A DNA stretch of 64,000 bases from Chlamydiia bacterium (GTDB taxonomy: Bacteria; Chlamydiota; Chlamydiia; Chlamydiales; Rhabdochlamydiaceae): NCBI GenBank assembly GCA_963804085.1, contig CAWDOQ010000017.1, positions 64,001 to 128,000 of the forward strand. The letters run 5' to 3'. Position numbers and translations under genes: made by a program. Below, piece by piece: positions 38,943-48,006 of this stretch; positions within the stretch are counted from its first letter, which is position 1; the number at the start of each line of letters is the position of its first letter. The notes below the pieces were generated by a model. That model had not been told where the DNA came from. It saw nothing but the letters and a program-made list of their open reading frames with translations, and did no database searches.

Positions 38943-39594
38943 GCCTATAATAGATACAGCAAAGGAGGGCCACTTGTCAAGAGAGCCAAGAGAGAAAGAG
39001 CCGCTTGTCATCTCTTTTTATACTGCAGGGACTCCCTATGAGGAGGAGGCCAAGGCTCTTATAGACTCTTGCAAAAGATGGAAGTTAGAGCATGCAATCG
39101 AATCGCGTCCTTCTCTAGGATCTTGGGAGAAGAATTGCGCTCAAAAGCCGCTTTTCATCCTAGAAAAACTAAAAGAGCATAAGAGGCCTGTTTTTTGGAC
39201 AGATGCCGACTCCATTTTTTTAAATGCTCCGGACTTTTCTCTGTTCCACAACTATGACTTTTCTGTACGCACCCATGATTCTCTTGCAGCGGATCATCCT
39301 TCAAAAGTTATCTCCAATACGATCTATGCGGCTTACACTCAAGAGACGCTCCAGCTTTTGCACCAATGGATGGGAAATTGCATTGAGGAGTTACAAGACA
39401 GAAAACGAACGAAGGAGTTTTGGGATCAGATAGCATTAAGAGGGGCGCTCCTCTCTTGTCCCAAGACCCGTCTACTCTCTATGCCTCTTGCATACTGCAA
39501 AATTTTTGATTCCGATTTTTTTAAGATTGCCCCCTCAGAGGTTATTCTGGAACACTATCAAGCTTCACGCCGATTTAAAAAACTGATAAAGTAA
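38941..39594 (+). CDS. Putative nucleotide-diphospho-sugar glycosyltransferase (GT-A)
   Basis: ISFYT, KPLFI, WTDADS (DxD), WDQ, EHYQASRR; start uncertain. Confidence 0.65.
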   Translation: MPIIDTAKEGHLSREPREKEPLVISFYTAGTPYEEEAKALIDSCKRWKLEHAIESRPSLGSWEKNCAQKPLFILEKLKEHKRPVFWTDADSIFLNAPDFSLFHNYDFSVRTHDSLAADHPSKVISNTIYAAYTQETLQLLHQWMGNCIEELQDRKRTKEFWDQIALRGALLSCPKTRLLSMPLAYCKIFDSDFFKIAPSEVILEHYQASRRFKKLIK

Positions 39595-39600
39595 CAACCG

Positions 39601-40380
39601 ATGTTTATCGATTCTCATGCTCATCTTACCTCTTCAGAGATCCTTCCGGACGTAAAAGAGGTGCTCGCGCGTGCGCAAGCAGCAAACGTCACCAAGATCA
39701 TCAACATCTGCACCGATGAGCTGACTTTAGAGAAGGGGCTTGAGCTGAGCGAGCAGTATGATTGGGTGTATAATACGGCAGCCACAACACCGCACGATGT
39801 GGAAAAGGAGGGAGAGAGCTTCTTTCCTATTGTCGAGAAGTGCGCCAAAGAAAAAAAGCTGGTTGCGATCGGCGAGACCGGCTTAGATTACCATTACGAG
39901 CACTCCCCCAAAAAAATGCAGCAGAAGTTTCTAGAGCGCTACTTGCAGCTTGCGCTTGATTGCAACCTTCCGGTTGTAATCCACTGCCGAGACGCTTTTG
40001 CTGACCTTTTTAGCATTGCAGATGCCACATACAAAAAAGAGGCGCTGCTCCTGCACTGTTTTACCGGAACACTCGAGGAGGCAAAAGAGGCGTTAAAAAG
40101 AGGCTGGAGTATCTCCTTGAGCGGCATCGTCACATTCAAGAAGTCGGAGAGCTTGCGCGAAGTGGCCCGCTACCTTCCACTAGATCGCATTCTCATCGAA
40201 ACAGACGCGCCCTATCTTGCCCCGCACAGCCAGCGCGGCAAGAAAAACGAACCCGCCTTCCTTCCAGAAACCGCTACCCTCATCGCCTCCCTCCGCAATA
40301 TCCCTCTCCCTGCTGTGGCTGAAGCCACCACCCGCAATACTGCTCGCTTTTTTTCTTTAAGTGGACAGAAGACCCCTTAG
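39601..40380 (+). CDS. tatD: TatD-family deoxyribonuclease
   Basis: DSHAHL, AIGETGLDY, IHCRDA, HCF, ETDAPYL. Confidence 0.93.
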   Translation: MFIDSHAHLTSSEILPDVKEVLARAQAANVTKIINICTDELTLEKGLELSEQYDWVYNTAATTPHDVEKEGESFFPIVEKCAKEKKLVAIGETGLDYHYEHSPKKMQQKFLERYLQLALDCNLPVVIHCRDAFADLFSIADATYKKEALLLHCFTGTLEEAKEALKRGWSISLSGIVTFKKSESLREVARYLPLDRILIETDAPYLAPHSQRGKKNEPAFLPETATLIASLRNIPLPAVAEATTRNTARFFSLSGQKTP

Positions 40381-40538
40381 TGGACGAGGTGGACAGAGTG
40401 GACAAAAGATTTGTGGACGAAGTGGACGGGGATCTCCTCCGACTCTTCTTCTTGGCGCTGTCCACTTAGTCCACATCGTCCACCAAGTCCACTAAAGTCC
40501 ACCCTCTTCGCGCCTGTCCACTTTGTCCGTTGGGGCCC
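40361..40538. repeat. GTGGAC/GTCCAC inverted tandem-unit element D
   Basis: Near reverse-complement of 52378-52529; overlaps the tatD stop. Confidence 0.85.
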
Positions 40539-40699
40539 TCTTTCTTAATTCATTTGCGTCTCCGCGACCCTGCGTCTTTCCCCTGAAAATTTCTAGGTTT
40601 TGTGACATGGGGGTAGCCTTGTTGTAGCAATCCTTCTTTCCCAATTATTTTATTGGACAGGCTCTACTCCCTTCCACTCAAGATCGTCCTTTAATCCAA

Positions 40700-40835
40700 T
40701 TTGCGTGTCAGTTAAGAAAAGCAAGCTTTCCCCTACGTGTTCACCAGCTGTGCTGGGACGACAATCTATTGTACTTACACTGACAGATCAGTTTGCGTTG
40801 CGGGGTAATCCACCACTAAGACGTCGATCTTTTGC
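40700..40835 (-). ncRNA. Putative IS110 bridge/seek RNA (target- and donor-binding loops)
   Basis: Hand-folded stem-loops whose internal loops match the target halves (CGTCTT, TTTGCGTT) and the donor end (TTTCCCCT). Confidence 0.7.
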
Positions 40836-40883
40836 AAATGTTTTAATTTCTCTCCCTTGATCGGACTATTGGTTGTTCTTTTT

Positions 40884-42113
40884 TTAGGCTATCTTCTTAG
40901 TGACCTGTACCTGGTATCCCAATTCTTCTAGCCGCTTGGCATGATATTTGGCTTTTCGCTCTGGCTCTAGCTTGTCTAGAAAATCAACGCCTATTTCGTG
41001 GAACGGGATATTATCCTTAAGCATGTGGAAACACACGACGAGAGTTTTGCGCCCGATGGCTATAATAGATCTCTGTTTTCCTCTCCGGAGTGCTAGAGCG
41101 CGATACTTAGCTCCTAAGTAAGTGTTTTTTGTACGCGATACTGCCCATGCGACCTGGGTCATTGTTACCTTCAGGTGCCTGTTGCCCTTTCTGATACGCG
41201 AGGATTTGATCTTCCCCGCGCTTTGGTTATTTCCTGGACATAATCCTGCCCAGGCCGAAAGGTGGGCGGCACTTCTAAACTGACTCATGTCGACTCCTAA
41301 TTCAGCTATTAAGGAGGCTGCGGCTAGGTCTTTTACACCAGGAATTGTTTTTAAAAGTTCTACCTGCGCCTGATAGGGGATCAATTGTTTTTGAATCTGT
41401 TTGTCAATCTGCTCAATAATAGCTTCAATGGCTGTGATATGATCCATCATCATCCGTAATATCTTGCGGTCTTCTTCTGCAAGGGTGCCTTTTAGAGCCT
41501 TTTCAATTTCCAGCCTAGGCGCTTGGCACTTCCCGTGAACATAGTCCATTAGTACTTCCATTCTCGTTTCTCCTGCAACAAGCTTGCAGATCATACCCCA
41601 TGCTGTAACACCGAAAACATCTGAAAATACAGAGGAAAGCTTGATGTTGGCGTTCTCTAGCATTTTAATGATCCGATTTTTAGCGCTCGAAAGGTCTCTG
41701 GTTAGCGTTTGTCTATACCTAACAACCTCTCTTAATCGGACGATCTCTCTCGGTGGAATAAAACTTTTGCTAAGTAGCCCACATTTCAAAAGCTTGCATA
41801 ACCATTCACTATCTTTAACATCGGTCTTTCTTCCGGGGACATTTTTCACATGTTGCGCATTCACCAAAACAACATCAAAATCGCCTTCAAATACATTAAA
41901 AATCGGCTTCCAGTAAATTCCTGTACTCTCGACGGCAACATGGTGGATATCAAGCGATTTTAACCAGTTTGCCAGTTCCTGAATGTCTTGTGTAAAAGTG
42001 AGGAATGTTTTGATTGTCTTGCGCTTTTGAGTTCCATTGCCTATCATTACGCACGCAGTTATGGAATCTCTATGTACATCTAATCCGCAGCATCTTTCGA
42101 ATACTTCTTCCAT
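40884..42113 (-). CDS. IS110-family recombinase/transposase
   Basis: GLDVH, VESTGIYW, KTDVKD (DEDD RuvC), TIPGV, AWAGLCP..NQSAGK catalytic Ser. Confidence 0.97.
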   Translation of the reverse strand: MEEVFERCCGLDVHRDSITACVMIGNGTQKRKTIKTFLTFTQDIQELANWLKSLDIHHVAVESTGIYWKPIFNVFEGDFDVVLVNAQHVKNVPGRKTDVKDSEWLCKLLKCGLLSKSFIPPREIVRLREVVRYRQTLTRDLSSAKNRIIKMLENANIKLSSVFSDVFGVTAWGMICKLVAGETRMEVLMDYVHGKCQAPRLEIEKALKGTLAEEDRKILRMMMDHITAIEAIIEQIDKQIQKQLIPYQAQVELLKTIPGVKDLAAASLIAELGVDMSQFRSAAHLSAWAGLCPGNNQSAGKIKSSRIRKGNRHLKVTMTQVAWAVSRTKNTYLGAKYRALALRRGKQRSIIAIGRKTLVVCFHMLKDNIPFHEIGVDFLDKLEPERKAKYHAKRLEELGYQVQVTKKIA

Positions 42114-42365
42114 GGCTCATATCTCCTATATTTAAGATTGTAGGGTTGTCGAAAGACAACACCACGTAAAGAGTATGAGTCATGGGTTTTTTTTAAACCG
42201 AGACTAAATTTTCATCGATTATTGTGAGCCCAGAGCTCATCGGGGTTTGCGTTAATCTTCAAGAAAAACGCAAAGACGCAGGGTCGCGGAGACGCAATAA
42301 AAATTTTTTAGCATAATAAATATGGTGTTTCCATTTTCAGATATTAATGCTATAATTTTTGCTCT

Positions 42366-43304
42366 ATGACACAAGCAATAGGTTTAAATCCTACAATTAA
42401 TACTTTACCTCCGGCACAAGAAAAGCCCTGCTTGGATGCGCTTTTCGAGCGCATTCAAGCGATCTGGAATGCGATTTGCGCCTGGATCTCTTCTCTAGCT
42501 GAGCGTCTTTTTCCGCCAGAAGTGCTTAAACAGCTGACTATAGCAGATAGCTCGCCTGACTCTTTTCGTTTGGTGATGCGCTATCTCTACCCGGAAGAGG
42601 TGGCTCGATGCGAACCGGTCTGTAAATCTTGGAAGGCGAACATCATCGAAAAGGTATGGGAGATGCAATGCCAGCAAGAAGGAGTCGAGCTGGAAGAAAA
42701 TTATAAGTGCAAAGCGGGGCAGTACAAAGAGGCGTTTAAAACCCCCGAGCCAATCCGAGCCTTTGGAGCGACAGAGTGGAAACAGTATTTTGGAGATCCA
42801 GGCGTTGCCCCGCGCCTTCCCGTCAGCATCTACCGCACCTTTAAAAAGTTAGAAGTGACACACACTCTTACTCTCATCCCCGCAACGGTAAATGGGAAGC
42901 CGCTTACCTTAAACACCTTTGCTTCATTTACACCCGTGCGGACGATGGAGTTGCGCATGGTGCCAGGTATTCGAAAAACATTAGGGGATGAGCCTGTAGA
43001 GAAATCTCTTTGGGTCTGGTTGCAAAAAGATTTTGTGCCAGAGACTGGAGGAAAGTCGCAGGAAGAAGCAGAGAAGAGTTATCGGCTTGGAAAAACGCTT
43101 TGGATCGTTGTCAGCATCTTTGCTCATTACACCCGTTGGGATCAGCGTCCCTTAGACTCGGATGACTTCATCGCTATGATGCAAGAGAAGAATCCTGAAA
43201 GCGGTGCGCCTGCAGCTGTTTCTTGTTCTGATGATGGTGTATTGGTATTCTTTGCCACGAAAAACCATGCCGATACACGGGTGGCTAATGCGTTTCCCGC
43301 ATAA
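42366..43304 (+). CDS. F-box-containing candidate effector
   Basis: PDSFRLVMRYLYPEEVARCEPVCKSWK F-box; amphipathic N-terminal helix. Confidence 0.75.
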   Translation: MTQAIGLNPTINTLPPAQEKPCLDALFERIQAIWNAICAWISSLAERLFPPEVLKQLTIADSSPDSFRLVMRYLYPEEVARCEPVCKSWKANIIEKVWEMQCQQEGVELEENYKCKAGQYKEAFKTPEPIRAFGATEWKQYFGDPGVAPRLPVSIYRTFKKLEVTHTLTLIPATVNGKPLTLNTFASFTPVRTMELRMVPGIRKTLGDEPVEKSLWVWLQKDFVPETGGKSQEEAEKSYRLGKTLWIVVSIFAHYTRWDQRPLDSDDFIAMMQEKNPESGAPAAVSCSDDGVLVFFATKNHADTRVANAFPA

Positions 43305-43358
43305 AAAATCATAAATTTTTCTTTTTGAAAAGTGTGGGGGTCATTACATTGTTCATGT

Positions 43359-44387
43359 ATGACAACCTCTTCGACTTCCGGTCTTCCGAGAGCATTCATT
43401 TGGAGAAGGCTCCATTCGCTGATGGGGCTCTGGCTGGTGATTTTTCTCATGGAACATCTCCTGACAAACTCGCAAGCTGCACTTTTATTAGGTGACAGCG
43501 GCCAAGGGTTTGTGCAGATGGTCAACTGGCTTCATAATTTGCCTTACTTGCAAGCGATCGAGATCACGCTGCTCGGTGTGCCGATCTTTGTGCACCTGGT
43601 TTGGGGAGTGAAGTATCTTTTCACAGCCAAATCCAATTCTCATCGTACAGATGGGAGCACACCATCACTACCTGAGTATGGACGCAACAGGGCGTACACC
43701 TGGCAGAGGATCACCTCGTGGATTTTGCTGTTTGGTCTGATTGGACATGTGGTCAAGTTCCGCTTTTTGGAGTATCCCGATTCGCTCAATCAAGGTGAGA
43801 ATAGCTACTACTTTGTGCGCGTGAGTGTAGACGATGGTCTCTACACTGTTGCAGATAGATTGGGCGCGACGCTATATGACACGAAAGGAATCGAAAAAGA
43901 GGTGCGCAAGCTCGAAGAGAGAAAAGAGGAGAGTGCACTCGTTGATGCCGCGCAAGCTTTAAAACAGAAGGAACTTTTAAGTTGGGAAGGCCCGACGCCG
44001 TCTGCTTACGATCTACAAAAGGCGGTTATCTTTGCTTCTTCACAACAATTTCAAGAGAAGCAGCGCTGGGTGCAGAAGTTAAGTGCAAAAAAAATCAGCA
44101 GTACAGAGGTGATCGCGGTGGCAGATAATTTTGGGACCGCCTCCTTGCTGGGCGTGCGCGACACTTTTAAAAATCCGATCTATGTAGGGCTCTACACAAT
44201 CTTTGTCTTAGCTGCGTGCTTCCATGCGTTTAACGGCCTTTGGACCTTTCTCATTACGTGGGGCGTTGTGCTCCGCATGTCCGCACAGCGCTGGACAGTC
44301 ACTTTAGCCATAGCTTTAATGCTGCTTGTCACCTTTTTGGGGCTCTCCTCCATCTGGGGCACCTACTGGCTTAACCTGAGGTATTAA
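43359..44387 (+). CDS. sdhC: Succinate dehydrogenase cytochrome b558 subunit
   Basis: RRLHSL, EHL, QRIT, FHAFNGLW; precedes sdhA. Confidence 0.9.
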   Translation: MTTSSTSGLPRAFIWRRLHSLMGLWLVIFLMEHLLTNSQAALLLGDSGQGFVQMVNWLHNLPYLQAIEITLLGVPIFVHLVWGVKYLFTAKSNSHRTDGSTPSLPEYGRNRAYTWQRITSWILLFGLIGHVVKFRFLEYPDSLNQGENSYYFVRVSVDDGLYTVADRLGATLYDTKGIEKEVRKLEERKEESALVDAAQALKQKELLSWEGPTPSAYDLQKAVIFASSQQFQEKQRWVQKLSAKKISSTEVIAVADNFGTASLLGVRDTFKNPIYVGLYTIFVLAACFHAFNGLWTFLITWGVVLRMSAQRWTVTLAIALMLLVTFLGLSSIWGTYWLNLRY

Positions 44388-46276
44388 TGGCGCTCAAAAA
44401 AGAGGTGGTTGTCGTAGGCGGCGGTCTTGCAGGCCTTGCTTGTGCCATGCGCCTTGCAGAAAACGGTTGCCATGTCAAAATTGTCTCTGTAACAAAAGTC
44501 AAACGCTCCCACTCTGTTTGTGCGCAAGGGGGGATCAATGCAGCGATGAATCTTAAAAATGAGGAGGATTCGCCGATTGTCCATGCGTACGACACGATCA
44601 AAGGTGGAGATTTTTTAGCTGATCAGCCTCCCGTGCTCGAGATGTGCATGGCCGCTCCCGGCATCGTCCGCATGATGGAAAAGCTTGGCTGTCCTTTCAA
44701 CCGGACAAATGAGGGTAACCTCGATGTGCGCAGATTTGGAGGAACGCTCTACCACCGAACTGCTTATTGCGGAGCATCCACCGGTCAACAGCTGCTCTAT
44801 GCGCTTGATGAACAAGTGCGCAGGTTCGAAGTGAAAGGGCAGATTGAAAAGTTTGAAAACCATGAGTTCATGCGTCTTGTCCTGGATGAGGAGGGGGTTG
44901 CGCGCGGGATCGTGATCATGGATCTCTTTACGCTTAAACTCGACGTACTTAAGGCAGACGCTGTTGTTATTGGCACAGGCGGACCTGGCCTGATCTTCAA
45001 AAAATCGACCAACTCCACCTTTTGCACCGGTGCTGCAAACGGAAGGCTCTACAAGCAGGGAATGCGTTATGCTAATGGCGAATTTATTCAGATCCACCCG
45101 ACTGCAATTCCGGCAGATGACAAACTACGATTGATATCTGAATCTGTTCGAGGAGAAGGGGGACGCATCTGGGTCTATGGAGACTCCTCCAAAACGATCG
45201 TAACGCCCGATGGCAAAACGATCCCTTGCGGAGAGACGGGAAAACCCTGGTACTTCTTGGAAGAGATGTACCCGGTCTTCGGCAATCTCGTCCCGCGCGA
45301 TATCGGCGCCCGCGAAGTGCTGCGCATCTGCGAAATGGGGCTTGGCATCGATGGTAAAATGCAGGTCTATCTCGATATCACACATCTTTCTGCTCAGCAG
45401 CAGCATAAGGTCGAATCGGTCCTTGAGATCTACCGCAAATTCACGGGAGAGGACCCGCATAAAGTTCCGATGAGGATCTTTCCGGCTGTGCACTATTCGA
45501 TGGGAGGCGCGTGGGTCGATTGGCCCGCAGCTGATGATCCGGACCGCTTCACGCGCTTCCGTCAGATGACCAACATCCCAGGCTGCTTTAATGTGGGCGA
45601 ATCGGAGTTTGCTTACCATGGTGCTAACCGCTTAGGAGCCAATGCATTACTTGCTTGCATCTTTGCCGGACTAACTGCCGGTGGCGAAGTCCCCCGTTAT
45701 TTAGATGGCCTTCAAAGTAACTACGGCAATCTCTCTACGAAGATGTATGCAGAGGCGCTAGCGCAAGAAGAGGTTTTTAAACACGACCTGATGTCGCGCA
45801 GCGGAAAAGAGAATGTGCACCGGTTGCATGATGAGCTCGCAGAGATCATGATCAGCCATGTCACTGTCAAGAGAAGCAACAAAGATTTAAAAAAGGCGAT
45901 CGAAGATATTAAAAAGATACGCGAAAGATATGCTCATATCTCGCTCGATGATCGCGGCACTCATCTCAACCAGACCTACGCATTTGCCAACCAGTTTGCC
46001 TACATGCTCGAGCTTGCGCTTGTCATGGCAAAGGGTGCGCTACTTCGCGATGAGTTTCGTGGGGCGCACTACAAGCCGGAGTTTCCCGAGCGCGACGATG
46101 AGAAGTGGCTGAAGACGACGATCGCGACCTACGATGCCAAGAAGAATGAGCCCCATATCAGCTACCTTCCGGTTGACTTAAGGCACTTAAAGCCCGTAAA
46201 AAGAGAGTATGTGAAAGCAAAGAAGGTTAAACCCACTTTGGAAAATATTCCGACAAACATCGCGCTTCCAGTTTAA
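44387..46276 (+). CDS. sdhA: Succinate dehydrogenase flavoprotein
   Basis: GGGLAG, RSHSVCAQGG, QIHPT, HYSMGG, HGANRLG. Confidence 0.97.
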   Translation: MALKKEVVVVGGGLAGLACAMRLAENGCHVKIVSVTKVKRSHSVCAQGGINAAMNLKNEEDSPIVHAYDTIKGGDFLADQPPVLEMCMAAPGIVRMMEKLGCPFNRTNEGNLDVRRFGGTLYHRTAYCGASTGQQLLYALDEQVRRFEVKGQIEKFENHEFMRLVLDEEGVARGIVIMDLFTLKLDVLKADAVVIGTGGPGLIFKKSTNSTFCTGAANGRLYKQGMRYANGEFIQIHPTAIPADDKLRLISESVRGEGGRIWVYGDSSKTIVTPDGKTIPCGETGKPWYFLEEMYPVFGNLVPRDIGAREVLRICEMGLGIDGKMQVYLDITHLSAQQQHKVESVLEIYRKFTGEDPHKVPMRIFPAVHYSMGGAWVDWPAADDPDRFTRFRQMTNIPGCFNVGESEFAYHGANRLGANALLACIFAGLTAGGEVPRYLDGLQSNYGNLSTKMYAEALAQEEVFKHDLMSRSGKENVHRLHDELAEIMISHVTVKRSNKDLKKAIEDIKKIRERYAHISLDDRGTHLNQTYAFANQFAYMLELALVMAKGALLRDEFRGAHYKPEFPERDDEKWLKTTIATYDAKKNEPHISYLPVDLRHLKPVKREYVKAKKVKPTLENIPTNIALPV

Positions 46277-46279
46277 AAT

Positions 46280-47047
46280 ATGAAAAAATTCACTCTTAAA
46301 ATTTTACGCGGCGTCCCTGAAAAGCAGTACTGGGAGGAGTTTGAGCTCGAGCTTAAGCCCTTCATGAACGTCACCTCTGCGCTGATGGAAGTGCAAAAGG
46401 AGCCCGTTAACAAAAAGGGAGAACGAGTCACACCTATTGCTTGGGAGCAAGGCTGTTTAGAAGAGGTGTGCGGCTCCTGCTCGATGCTCGTCAATGGAAA
46501 GCCGCGTCAAGGGTGCACAGCGCTTATTGAAGAGATCTTAAAAGCTACAGGCAAAGAGACGGTTGTCTTAGCGCCATTTACTAAGTTTCCTCTCATCAAA
46601 GATCTAGTCGTAAATCGCGACAGCATGTTCGAAGCTCTCAAAAAAATCCGCGGCTGGGTCGATGTCGATGACTCGTTCGATCGTGGCTTTGGACCAAAAG
46701 TTGATCCCAAATTGCAAGAGACACTCTATCTTCTCTCCACCTGCATGACGTGCGGTTGCTGCGTGGAGGGTTGCCCTCAGGTGAATAAGCATTCCAAATT
46801 TATCGGTCCTGCGGCGATTTCACAAGCGCGTTTATTTAACGCGAATCCAACCGGCAAGCTGATGAAAGAGGAGCGCCTTCTTCCCATGATGCAAGAGGGC
46901 GGCGTAAGCGACTGCGGTAACGCACAGAACTGCGCGCGCGTCTGTCCCAAGAAGATCCCTCTCACAGAGTCGATTGCTGTGATGGGAAGAGAAGTTGCCA
47001 AGCAAGCCATCTCTAATCTGATCAGCCTACCCGACCGCAAAAAGTAG
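46280..47047 (+). CDS. sdhB: Succinate dehydrogenase Fe-S subunit
   Basis: CLEEVCGSC, CMTCGCCVEGCP, CGNAQNCARVCP. Confidence 0.97.
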   Translation: MKKFTLKILRGVPEKQYWEEFELELKPFMNVTSALMEVQKEPVNKKGERVTPIAWEQGCLEEVCGSCSMLVNGKPRQGCTALIEEILKATGKETVVLAPFTKFPLIKDLVVNRDSMFEALKKIRGWVDVDDSFDRGFGPKVDPKLQETLYLLSTCMTCGCCVEGCPQVNKHSKFIGPAAISQARLFNANPTGKLMKEERLLPMMQEGGVSDCGNAQNCARVCPKKIPLTESIAVMGREVAKQAISNLISLPDRKK

Positions 47048-47075
47048 ATCTTTTGCGTTCTTGCCGCCTTTCTTG

Positions 47076-47184
47076 ATCCTGCTTATCCTGCCGGCGAAGC
47101 CGATCGTGTTGATCCTGTCATCTTGCATTTTAAGAAAAGTAACAGGATGAACACGATCGGCTTCGCCGGCAGGATAAGCAGGAT
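47076..47184. repeat. 43-bp-arm inverted repeat between convergent sdhB and lplA
   Basis: 47076-47118 versus 47142-47184, 42/43 complementary; ATCCTG/CAGGAT sub-units. Confidence 0.9.
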
Positions 47185-47204
47185 GTTATACATCGCTTAA
47201 GAAT

Positions 47205-47909
47205 TTAAATGGATAGGTTCGTAGTGGCTTGTCTATGGGGAAGAGCGGCAATTTTGAGCGCCTCTTCAAGAGGTATTGTATGAACAGAATAGCGCGAAGA
47301 GAGCACTTCTTTTACTCTATTTATAAAGTGCTCCTTGCTAAGTAGATGCTCGTGCAGCTGACAGAGAAAGTCGAGATGATCTCTTCCTGCACGATATGCA
47401 GGTGTCTTTTTTGGATGCAGAAGATGGCGCATCCGTTCCTTTTCATATTTCCAGAGAAAGGTCGTATGGTGCAGCCAGCGATCTTTTTTTAAATACTGCG
47501 CGTTGCCGCCGCATTTACGTTCCCCGATCACATAGTCATTCTCGCGCAAATGAAAATCAGGTAGCTGAAAGACCTCTTTGTAAAACCCTTCGCTCCACTT
47601 CAAAATCGGTTCGGGATAGCAAGGAAAGGGGTGAAGCTCCTTTTGCGAGATGAAGGTGACAAAGAGAGTCTCCTCGTCGACAACAACCGTGCCTCCGCCG
47701 CTAAAGCGCCGTACGAGTGGAATGCTGCTTTCTCTTGCTCTCTCAACGTCGACAAGCTCTTCAGCTTTGCCCGAAATCCCCAGCACAATTGCAGGTGGAG
47801 CACCTTGATTGATGAGACAGAAATTGCGCGTATCGGCTCTTAGAAGAGCCTCTTCCAGCCTTAGCTGCTCCCACACTGGCGCTTGCATCTCAATTAGATG
47901 AATGGTCAT
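47205..47909 (-). CDS. lplA: Lipoate-protein ligase family protein
   Basis: RRFSGGGTV, ENDY, KCGGNAQ, HHT; follows mnmG as in other chlamydiae. Confidence 0.85.
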   Translation of the reverse strand: MTIHLIEMQAPVWEQLRLEEALLRADTRNFCLINQGAPPAIVLGISGKAEELVDVERARESSIPLVRRFSGGGTVVVDEETLFVTFISQKELHPFPCYPEPILKWSEGFYKEVFQLPDFHLRENDYVIGERKCGGNAQYLKKDRWLHHTTFLWKYEKERMRHLLHPKKTPAYRAGRDHLDFLCQLHEHLLSKEHFINRVKEVLSSRYSVHTIPLEEALKIAALPHRQATTNLSI

Positions 47910-47921
47910 CCTTGTTCCCTT

Positions 47922-48006
47922 CGCGCCCGCTTCCGCGCCCGCATGCGCGCCCGAAATTTAATCCTGATCCGGATCGGGCGCGCATGCGGGCGCGGAAGCG
48001 GGCACG
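47922..48006. repeat. GC-rich 33-bp inverted repeat spanning the mnmG stop codon
   Basis: Arms 47922-47954 and 47974-48006; third copy at 4474-4508. Confidence 0.85.

Larger units (their letters stand above)
40580..42245 (-). mobile_element. IS110-family insertion sequence
   Basis: Transposase gene; boundaries defined by restoring the palindrome; TTT at both junctions (40577-40579, 42246-42248). Confidence 0.9.
40554..42297. repeat. Perfect 31-bp inverted repeat split by the IS110 insertion
   Basis: 40554-40579 plus 42249-42253 is the exact reverse complement of 42267-42297. Confidence 0.9.
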
